Below, in pieces: positions 13,201 through 25,200 of a stretch of 60,137 nt of DNA. The stretch comes from Negaprion brevirostris (lineage: Eukaryota). The DNA lies in NCBI GenBank assembly GCA_030324005.1, contig JARDVH010000073.1:39108983-39169119 (forward strand), given 5' to 3'. The position numbers were made by a program, and so were the translations under genes. Positions within the stretch are counted from its first letter, which is position 1; each line of letters starts with the position of its first letter. The notes under the pieces were generated by a model. That model did not search any database, was not told the origin of the DNA, and saw nothing but the letters and a program-made list of their open reading frames with translations.

Positions 13201-16200
13201 CATCTTCCCAACACTTAAACAGGGTTGTGGAAACCTCAAACAATAAATCAGAGAAACCTATATTCTAAAATCAGATGCAAGGATTATGTACATTAAGTGT
13301 CACATGCTAGGTTAAGTAAAAGGTTAGAAAAAGATAATTACTACACAGTTGGTTGCATGGGCAGACTTTTTTCACCATCTTCCCTAAAGAATAAAGAAAA
13401 GTGCTTGGAGAAGAGAAACATACAGAATGGAAGAAAGTACATTAATATCAATTGAATTGATTAGTGTGACCTCGTATTGGACTGCATTGCAGGTAAACCA
13501 AAAGAGGAAGTAAACCATTATCATTTTGCACGTGAATGCAAAATTCAATAAGTGGGGACTTGATCACCATTGATAAATTTTGATTAAAAAACTAACATCT
13601 TTTTCTTAAAATATTCCAAAGTATTATTTTGTTCCTTGAACTATAAATTGGTTCGTATTTAAAAATCTGGAGTAGACAGAGCCAAAAGCATTTTGAAAAT
13701 ATATTTTAAAAAGTATTGCCATCATCTTCTAGTTTTTCCAAAATCTGATTGAATATACATACACTGCTTTCCCATTTCTAGTTTATTCAAATATCTACAC
13801 TTCCTTTGGAACACAACTGCTCTGCAGCACCACACAATGGTCAGGTCACATAAATCTTTCCTCTCCATCTCTGCTTAAGTGTTGTAATGGACCAGCAAAG
13901 TGAACAAACTATACACAGATTTTGGTAGGGGGTGTCAGCAATAACTTTAGAAGATTTAGATATATATTGTNNNNNNNNNNTGGCCTGTAGCCAAATTCCC
14001 TGCCCAGGTAGGGCTCTTGAAACTGGGTGGCCAATCAGTGGCCTGCAAAAGAACCAAAGACCTTGAGAAGTCGCCGAAGGATTTAGCAAATCATCAGGGA
14101 TTTATTTTCCAATTTAATTTGTTTGGTTATGGGCACAGTAAGTTTTGATATAGATCTCACCTTGACCTGGACCACAGTTAGCATCTCCTCCTCCTTGTGC
14201 TGCACATTTTCTACTCCTGGGATTGAAGTTGTGCAAATTTAGCAGCAGTCATAGGATCTGGATATGTATGCAAGACTATGTAAATAATTCAAATTGACAT
14301 TTGCTGAAATATTTCATCACTGTTTATAAGTGATCTTATTTAAAAATGAAGTTCCGCTCCTTCACTTCCCTCTTCCCCAATGGCAGGGAATACACTTGCT
14401 CTTAACAGCTCTTGGCCCAGGCGATCTCTGGATGGAGTCCATTGTCACAAGTAGGCAAAAATAAATAAAATTTCTCTGTTGTAACAAGGGCAATTAAATA
14501 GTCATATTTCAACGTATGAGAGTGTATGAGAGAGCCAGAGTGCACACAAGGGAGCCAGTACACTCAGCAGAGAGAAAAGTATGTTTACATGATTGAGATG
14601 GATACACAAAATTAACGGATTGTCAGTGACATTGCCCATGAGAAGAGCAGTGTAGCAGTGCAGTATTAACAGATTATTCACCTGCTTACTTAATAAGATT
14701 TTTAAAAACTACTGACCATTTTGTTCAGCAATCTGCACAGTGGACTAAAGTTGTGTCCATCAATCTTCTGTGATAAACTAACACATGCCATGTAAAAGTG
14801 AAATTTGTATGAAAGGAACCACTGATAAATTCCTAAAACACAAGCTTTAAAACCATAGCAATTGTATTTTGGCCAATAATGACAAACAACTTAGTGGTTT
14901 GCTGTGCCAAACAACACTATAGCTGGGAAATAGGTATTTTAAGACATGCATTTTGAAATGTTTTCTAATCTGCCATTAATGATGAGACTGACAAAACTCA
15001 ACCATAACAATTTTAAAGAATTAGAAGATTGAATATTTCCAATGAAAAATGGAAAATTCAAAAGTATCTTTCTTATCAATCTCTTATGCAGCAGAGAACA
15101 GTCACAAATGTGTGTTTAACCTGCAATAGTAATTTTGATGACATGGGCACTGTAGCAGTGCTGCAAATCTAATTTGTTTTAAAATGAGTGAATTTTAAAG
15201 AAAAAAAGGTAAAGACAGTCTTTTATGCACCATTAAGTAAAAATATTTAAAATTCAAGATGTTCCCTGTTTAATCTTCAATAACCACAGCACAAGTTTAT
15301 AATATGAAATTACTTACAGAACTGTTAGACAGTGGAAAGGTCAGAAAACTGAGACCAAGACAGTCAGAAAGCTGTAATCAAACAACTTCCATGAGATGTA
15401 AACTCGTAGGAAGCCATGCTGCTTTTGCTGAACATTTAAAATGACATGCATTAGGATTAGCAGAGAAAGTCCACTGGACCTGCATCCATACCAGCCTGTG
15501 AAATTCAAGTGTTTTGGCAAATCAGGATGATGACTGGAACATTCCACCACAAACCAAGTCAAGCAGTAAATTAAATTCTCCTAGCCACCCAGAATCACTC
15601 TGATGCAGCCATCACTGACCTGCTTCTGAATGCCACTGACAGGTGCCTGAGAACTGTACTCTAACTCAATCTCACCCAGGAAGTCATATAGTGCAGGAAA
15701 CTATAGGAAAGGTTCTTCTTGTAAAATCTATCAAGAAAGTTGGTTCTGAAGACAATCACCACATTGAAGCATGGTTTCTCTAATTGCTGCTTCAAAACAG
15801 CTTTTTACCTGGATTGTTTCAAAGATGGTGTCAACCAACTCTTTCTTGTCTTTGTATCAACTAAACGCAGTACAACATTGTAGTCAAGCCTCTTGAAATT
15901 CTCACTGGCTTGGTGAGTTAAAGATACTGCAGCAGCATGTATTTGTTGAATGGCAATTAAGAAGTGGGAGGCAGAAAAGCAACAAGGACTATAAGGTTGA
16001 GAACAATTTGATGATTGTTCTGCAGTAAGACTAAAAGAATAATTCAAGATGGACTGGAGGCCACAGGCAGCTGGTTTGGGCTATTTTGGCAAAAGATTGG
16101 TGAAGCTACATGGTGGGCTGGTTGGCAAAAAGGATACAAGCTTAGAATTGAATGTCTTAGCTGTCTAATCCAATTTAAGAATTGCCCTTTTTGGAATGAG

Positions 16201-19200
16201 TGGTAATCTTGAGATGAGACAAAGCATACATTCACAGCACTACATCAGTTCCATAACCAGAGCTACGGTATAAATAGCTAGAATAATTTTCTAAAAACTT
16301 CAGGCACATTTTACTCAGATTGACTATTGGCAGATGGAATGCCCAAACACAGATGTACTTGTCAGTTTTTACAATTCAAGCAAAAAATTTGAATACATAG
16401 TTTGAAAAAAGTTAGGTTCTGTTAATTGTAAAACAGAAAACCTGGCATGAATAAAGGACAAGGGGGCTTTTTCTGTAGTGATATATCCATGTTTCTTATA
16501 GCAAATACAAGCAAACTCGCCAGAAAATCATTTGAATAAAACAGATGCCATGCAACGCATGGAATATTTAAAAATATGGCTGAATTCCCCTATTAAAAGT
16601 TTCAGGACAGAAATGGAAATAGTGACCAGCCATTCTTGAAAGGTTACCTACTACCATGAAAGGGTGGTTAAAATGCTATGAGGAAGGGGGAATGCAAGGG
16701 TGATAGGACCATGGTAATGCAGGGATCAGTGACGTAAATCTACTGCATGTGAAGATTTAGAATTTTTGGTTTTATAATTCCGGTACATAGTACATTTTAT
16801 ATGTTAGGACCATAGCTCCTTAATAGTGCATTTTTTTTTAAAGTGCAATACCTCATGTATTTTAACAGCATTATCTGACAATTTTTCAGTACCTGAGTAA
16901 CTTGCAACACATACCCAATTCAAAGATTCAATAATGAATAAAGAATTATACATTTCAACAACTAAAGGGCAATCAAAAGTCATAATGACTACAACAAACG
17001 GGTATTAATGCATGCATGTTATCCTGCACCAATGGTTGAAAAAAAAATCAACCGCTCCAATCAGATAAATTAAGTATAACTCAATTGAAAGACTGCACAG
17101 AGACGTGAGTCAGTCAATCACACAGAAGTTGACAAACTTAAAATTAAACCCTGAATTAGCTACTGAGATGTTAGTGTTCAGGTGAACAGAAATGTTGCAG
17201 TACACTTGAAGCTGTGAAGTTGCATTCTCCACAATATTAATAAAGAATGCTGAATACTGGGACAGGATAAGGAATCAAACTGGCAAGAGTGGGAATATGG
17301 TGATACAGAACTTCACCAACAACCTGCCATTTTTATTAAAGTTTTCCTCATTTAAGTAAAAGTAATAACAGGGTAACATTAGCAACTAAGGGAAAATTGT
17401 ATTCGTAACAGCTATATGATGCAATTACGTAGTGTGGATATTTCACGTTAATGTTCTTAGTTGCTCCGCTCAAGTCTGCAACTTGTTTGTCATGGTTGCA
17501 GGTGTTCAGCAATGCCAGATGATTATCTGTCTAGCCTAATATTGTGAAAATAGCATTGCTCATTTGTCCCAGTAGACTAAGCACTCAGCCCACATGCAGC
17601 CAGGATAAGATAAAGCTTGAATAGAATGCTCTGTACATGGCAGCATTCGTATTTACTGCTATCAACACACTGACAATAGAGACAGGGAATGAAATCACAT
17701 CAAAAGATAGGGTTTTTCCCTCAAGGGCCAATACACCACCCCATTTTATTTTACAAAAACACCTCTGAAAACAGGGCTGCAAGATAAATGAAGTTTAATG
17801 TACTTCACCAAAGTGGAAAATAAATAGTTTATGGTAATTTTTTTGCAAGAAGCAGGCTTTTAATTGTATAAAATCTCATGTACATGTTCAAAAAATGGGA
17901 AATCTGGATTCAAATCCTTAATTCTCAAAAGGAGATCAAGTGGTGTGTGCATTACCAAACACTCACTCAGCCACACAGACACACTCAGACACACAAAATC
18001 ATGGTTGGTTGTTGGCAACCTTTTGTATCAAAATCACTTTCATAATATATTCTACTTCACTTTCCAAACTTCATCAGAAATGAGTCAAATCACGGTATTA
18101 TTTGAATTTTTGAATTTATCAAGCTGCCCCATGTGGAAACTTCGAATAGGTGAGTGAAATTCTGAAAACTTAATGAACAGATTTTGGACAGATAGCAGCG
18201 AAGCTTTATGCAGGGGCAGAGGAAGAAAAAGGCAGATGAGAAAAGAATAAAAGTGTTACACACAAAGAGCCAGACAGGGCGTACTCAGAAACCTTGTCCT
18301 TCTGCCGCCAAGTTTAAAAGTCACTTGCTCTGATGCACAGTGAAACGTTGCTGAGCCTATGACAGTAAAAGAAAAGGGAGGAAAATAGACAGCTGAAGTC
18401 AGAATGTTAGTACTTTAAGAGCAGAGGGAGCACTTCACATCAAATACAAAATCTTTCTCATCCTAGACATTTAGGCGAAGCCACAACTATTTTTTAAGCC
18501 ACCCAGGCTACATTTTTTCTAAGCATCTTACTTAATAGTGTTTTTTGTTGTTCTGGAATATATGATGCTGATTACAGGAAATTTTACACAGTCATCATTC
18601 CCAATCATATGCTTCAAATTCTTCTGATTAAGTTCAGCCTTGTCAGGTTATTTTCATCATTTAACAATATAAAGGCTGCTGAAGAGATCCAATACTGAAA
18701 CATTTTACAGCGGCAAAACATTTTCCTTCAATGCTTTTAAACTGAATATAACAACTTTATTCACCTCATATTTTAGTTTGAGTATCCTATTATCATTCCT
18801 AGCCTTAAGTGTGAACAATATTTCCAGCTTCCTGCCAATACCAATGCCTGGGGGCGTATAGCAGCTGTCCAATAGCTACCATTCATCCAACTCTCAACTC
18901 CATATGAAAACATCCTCATAACCTATGTATTGGCAGCCCTGATTTTAAAGCTGGCAGAAATTTTCAATGAATATAACCATCAAACACTTGTATTCTAGTG
19001 TAAAGAAAGACAGATGAACATTCACACATAAAACCAATGGCACTTATTAGTGCCTTCATTGGTCTATTAATGGAGATGCTCAAAATATAATGGTAGAAAA
19101 TATTCTCAATGGGAAAAAAATTGACAACAGCTAAAGTCACCCGTTTGTTTGTGGAATTTTTAAACTTTGAGGCAATGACAGCTGATTTTCACTTGCCCCG

Positions 19201-22200
19201 ACATTTGCATAAACCAGAAATTTAGATACTGTCAAAACTGAATGCTCAAAAAAAAACTGGACCAGGAAATGGTTAAACTTGCAAAATATAGTTCAGTTTC
19301 TTGGTCAAACATGAAAAAATAGAAATACCCTTTTATCTGAGTAAAGCATGGAAGTTATTTTATTACAGAAGAGAGAAATATAAAGGGATCTTAATTTTTA
19401 AAAGCACTTTGTAACACATCAGACAGCAAATAAAATGTTTATATATTCAGATACAAGTACCAATGTAAGATCATACNNNNACATTTGCTCACATTTTTAA
19501 GTACACCAGTGCTATCTGAATCAAACAAAATATCACTTAAAATTATTCTATAAATTGAGTTACAAAGAGCCAAGAAAATTCCCCAAAAAAGACAACAAAA
19601 GTTGCCAGCATATGGAAACAAAACTACAATGAAACATTTTTGAAGCTATTGCATTTCCCAGCACCATCAATAAATTGCATCTTCCCTGTTGGACAAATAC
19701 TGTGTTATGGACATAAACACACACACGTGATTGCTGACTTGGTAGATGTAAGTAACAAGTTAAAAGTTTGCTGTAGGTACTTTCTTCATTGCACTGGAAT
19801 CAGTTGCTCCAATCTGATTTTTTTTTAAAATGGGAGTTACACTGCCCGAGTTGCAAGACAATATGACCCAGGGATGAAACAATCAGACCCCCTAGAGTGG
19901 ATATTAGTTTCAATAGCATAAATCCTTCTTCAACCTACCCAAAGTTGGTTAAACAATACTTGGATAAATAAATAAGCTGTTCTCTTTCCATAATACAAAA
20001 ATGCAGAAGGGCCATTAAGAATAAACTCTCAATAAAATTCACGCAACACAACTTTGTGTAATAATGAAAAAAGACGGATCAACATGTGATTAAACAAGGG
20101 AGCTGCTCAAAAAAAGGTTTGCATTTTATATAGTTCCTTTCACAATCAGTGGTTATTTCAAGATACATTACAGTCAATTAAATACTTTGGAATTAAAGTC
20201 ACTGCTGCAATGCAGGAAACAAAGAAGCTAATCTGTCACAAGCAGCTCCCACAAACAGTAATGTGATAATGACCAGATAATCTGTTGTCTGATGTTAACC
20301 AAGGGAAAATATTAACCAGGTCACTAGGTACAAATCCCTCAGCCTTCTTCAAAACAGTGGCATGGAATCTTTACATATACGCGAGGGGCATGTGTGAAAT
20401 GCTGCCTTGTGCAAAAGGCAGCACTTCCTCAGTAATGCAGTAGACAATGAGATTTAATTTTGTGTTCAAGCTTTGAACTCAATCTTCTGAGGAACCACAG
20501 GTGACAGGAAGCAACTTTTCCTCGTAGAGGGATCAATGACGAAGAGACATAGATTTAAAGAAAGGGGCGAAGATTTAGAGGGGATGTGAGGAAAAACTTT
20601 TTCACCCAAAGAGTGGTGGGAATCTGGAACACTCTTGCCTGAAAGGGTAGAGGAGAGAGACACCCTCATAACATTTCATAGTACTTAGATATGCACTTGT
20701 GATGCCAAGGCATGCAGGTATATGGGCTAAATGCTGGCACATTTGCAATGTGCCAAAGGGACTTTTTTCTGTGCTGTATACCCCTATGAATGTGACATCT
20801 TTGAATTACTCTTCAACATTTCTGATCTCTTGTTCGGAGCAAAACGCTTCAGCTTTCTCTAATAAAACCAAATATCCTTGCAGCCTTCCTCTTCCTTTCG
20901 TGCATTAGAATCATAATTGCTTCATCATTGGTGGCAGTGCCTTCAGTTGTCTCTGCCCAAAACTCGAACTTCCTCCCTGCATCTTTACCTCACAAACTTT
21001 GCCTTCTTCTTTTACAATTCTCCTTAAAACCTACCTCTTTGACCAAGCTATTGGTCATCTGACCTAATACTTCCTTGTGACTTGATGTCATATTTTGTTT
21101 TATAGCGCTCCTGTGAAAGTCCTTGGGACATTTCATTACCTTTAGAGCATTATATAAATCTAAATTTTGTCTGGGAACAAAGGACTTTCCAATATAACGT
21201 CCGAGGTGTTTTTCCAATTACGTGGACAAGTTGACAAATTATTCATCAGTTTAGTCTCTGGAGAAAGCAACTTCCATCCAACATACTAACCGCAATTTTT
21301 TTGGCACTTTTAAGAACAATTTCTTAAATTAGAAGTATTTCTCCACCAAATCTGCTCTGGAAAAGTGATTTAAAAATCCTGATATACAATAATCTTTCTG
21401 CTGTAAAATTCAACCTATGTTCCAAACAGATAACAGAAGATGTGTACAAACTATCAATAAGGTTAAATCATGAGCTTACTGAAGGCTAAGTTCTGTTATT
21501 GATGCCAAAGCCATTTGGCCCCCCGCATGAAGTTCAAAACAATAAACAAGACCACAGGCTAGTGTTTTAAACAGACAACTTTCAGTTCTAAAATAGGAGC
21601 TATGTATCGAACATAAACTTACCCTTTCTCTTTGCAGATGATGAAAATGGTGTACATCAGTGCTTGTTATTTTTATCACTTGCATTTTTTCTTTTTATGT
21701 AACTGGTAAGATGCTCACATTTTATTGTAATAAGTCTCACAACAACAGGTTCAAGTCCAACCAGTTTATTTGATAGTAATCCCACAAGCTTTCAGAAACG
21801 CTGTTACTTCGTCAGGTGTTGGACTTTAACCTGGTGTTGAGAGACTTCTTATTGTGTTTACTCCAGTCCAACGCCATCATCTCGACGTCACATTTTATTG
21901 GTCAGAGAAAGTAGAAGCAAAAACCACTGATATTCATGGATCTAGGTCTCAAACTTCATTCAATAGCCTACAGGTGTATAGAAAACCAACTAAATACTAT
22001 AAGATGATTCCTCAACTCTCTGGCTAAAATACAAGCAGCAGCTCACCAATGATATTAAAAGGAACCTCTGTATAACAAACAATTCAGCCAAATTACAAAT
22101 GCTGGGATACCAGGGCAGAGAATTTCACTACATGGATTAAGTGCAGAATTTACACAATTTGTTATGAAGTGTTCTCTGCCAAATCATGTGTTCTAACTCT

Positions 22201-25200
22201 TCTACGCTCCTGACAGTAACAGTAAGCTTGACATTTGGGTTATTCTTTCAATTCTTGATCACAATCCTCCTGGTTTCTCTATTTTCATCAACACAAGAAT
22301 CACAGAACCTTATAGTGCAGAAAGAAGCCATTCAGCCCAAAAAACCTGCGCCAGCTTTTTGAAAGGGCTGTCTATGTAGTCCCATTCCTACATTCCTTCC
22401 TCACAACCAATAAAATGTATCTATTACAAGTATATATCAAACTCTCTTTTCAAAGTTACAACTGAATTACGTTCCATCACCCATTTAATCAATGCAGTCA
22501 GATAGTAAATTGCTGCACATTTTAAAAATCACATCTCTGTTCTGGTTCTTCCATTAGCCTCCTTAAATCAGTGTCCTCTGGTCAACAAGTCACCAGTGAA
22601 AACAGTTTCTCCTTACTTTGTCTATGAAAACCCCTTAAATTTGGACACCTGTATTAAATCTCTTCAATCTTTTCTGCTTTGAGAAACTTCTCTAACAGGG
22701 AATAATGGTAAAGCCTGTCCTGGCCATTTTTTAAAATATTTGTTCATGGGATGTAGGCATCGCTGGCTGGGCCAGCATTTATTGCCTATCCTTGAGGGAA
22801 TTTAAGAGTCAACTGCAAGGCGGTGCATCTGAAGTCACATGTAGACCAGACCAGGTAAGGACACAGATTTTCTTCTCTAAAGGACATTAGTGAACCAGAT
22901 GGGTTTTTATAACAGTCAGCAATGGTTTCATGGTCATTAGACTTTTAATTCCAGACATTTACTGAATTCAGATTTTAACATCTGCCAGGTTGGGATTCAA
23001 ACTCAGGCCCCCAGAACATTACCCTTGATCTCTGGATTGCTAGTCCAGTGACAATATCCCCGTCATTAGCTTAACGGATTGGAAAATCATGATCAAGAAT
23101 CAAGTTTTTTTTGCAGCTGGGCATCATGGATTTATTTCCTTCTTCCACCTCAATCAAGTGCTTCCTCAGCTTTATGCTTTTTCTCCATGCATGTTCAAAA
23201 TTTGTATGTTCTTCCTCCTTCATTCTTGTTCCTGCATCCCTGAAACTAAATGTCAATAAATAACCAGCTTCCAGATTTTTACTATTTCATTCTGCAAAAA
23301 GAACAAAATGAGACTTCATCTGTATTTCTTTAAAATCTGATTGATTTCTCTATCATGGTTACTCCACAGTCCACTTCATCTGCTAAGTGGCAAGTTCACT
23401 ACAACTATATCCCAATTCACAGCACAGTTTAAAAGGTTCTAATGAAACAAAAGTTACAACATCACATCACAAGACAGTATAACACTATCATGTTATCACA
23501 TGGCCCATAATTTAGGGCAATGCTTAGAGTTAGGTTGACTGCTTACGTACCTACACTTCAGGGACTACAGCGGTTCAAGAAGGCAGCTCACTACCACTTC
23601 AAGGGCAACTAGGGATAGGAAATAAATACTGGCCTAGCCAGCGATGCCCATATCCCATAAATTAATTTTTTAAAAAAGGGTTCTTCCATCTTTTACAAGA
23701 GAAGCATTGGAATTCAGGTGGACAGAGAAGACTTAAAACATAGCCACCTTATCTCAATACACAAGTCCACACAAAATTCTCATTCACTTTACAAATCAGA
23801 GCATCAGGGCAGCTTTAATTGACAAAAATGGAACGGAGAAGTCATGGATATGTACTTTTCAAATAGTAAGGTGAGAAATTATCCAAAATTTGTCTGCTGC
23901 ACAGAAATAAAGTTTGAAGATCAGACTTTTAATTCATTAATACTCCACATAACAGTACTACTTCCAATGGCAACATCACTGTAGGCAGTGAAACCATGCT
24001 TAGAATAAGATTTTACTGGATGCCATTTGTTGGCACTTCCATCAGGTCCATTGTCTTACCTCAAGTGTGAATTAGGAGATTTCGCACTGAGTGAGTACTG
24101 GCCAGCAATGCATTTTCACCACTGACTAGCTGTATGGATTTTCCCTCAAATTAATTTGAAAGAAATCAATTAGAAAGAAAATCTGCCTAAGAAACTACAC
24201 ATGCATCAACCTTGTGGACTTATACCTAGAACTGAGGGGGCAATTGTAAATAAGACAGAATTTGTAAAGCAGAAACTTTAGATTATTAGCAAGATTCTTA
24301 CCTTGTCCAATACCAGAAACACTTTGTCCAGAAATCACCCCTTCACTGGTGTAAGCAGAGTACAAATTTTCACTGGATGGTGATGGTTTCAGTAACTGAG
24401 CTTGTCCAGAAACAGTTAACTCTTGACTACTTGGGGGTGGCAAAAGCATCTGCTGAGGTGTTAAAACTGAAGCAGTACTCTGAACAGTTAAGGACCCTGC
24501 AAATAGAATGCAGCTACATGATATCAACGTCAAACACCTCTTTTTAAAAAGATCCATTACAATGGATGCTAATCATCACCTACCAGAAGGTAAAGGACTC
24601 TTTTGTCCTTGGGAACTGCTCCGACTAGATTTGCTGCTTTTCCCCTTAGTGGGCCGTCTGCGACGTCCAGACAGGGGTGCTGCAGGTGGAATTATTACAG
24701 CAGGTGGTGCCTTACCCAATTTGATATAGAGCTCCTCGATCTCCAGCTTCTGACGTGACTGTAACTCTTGAATCTCTTTCAAATGTCTGAAATAGATCAG
24801 TTTGATATTATTGTATACTATTTTGATAAAGTTGGTTTTACAAGATGCATGTTATTGTGGTATTTTGGCTAAAATGATTAAGGATTGTGAAAGGGTAGAT
24901 GCATTTGACACCAAACATAGCTAACATGTTTGTGTGACGACATTTTATAAAATGGAAAGCACTACAAAAATGCCGGTAGCGAATAATTCACTCTCTCAAC
25001 TGCCACTGAAGTGAACCTGCTTACTGACTGACTCCAAAACCTGAAAGGACCCAGAAATCCACAATGCCAATCTCACTGAGGCAAAAGTCATCACGAAACT
25101 AACTGGTGGACAAGAGAGCAGGTCTTAATTTAGAAACAAGCTTTTAGCACAAAGGACCTCAGCAAAATTCAGCAAGGAGAAGAAAAATGTCAAGTTATTC

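Noticed and set aside
14390-14475. Possible exon after acaacag reading [23 protein letters not shown]
   Set aside because: Weak acceptor, only a GC-type donor, no homology support
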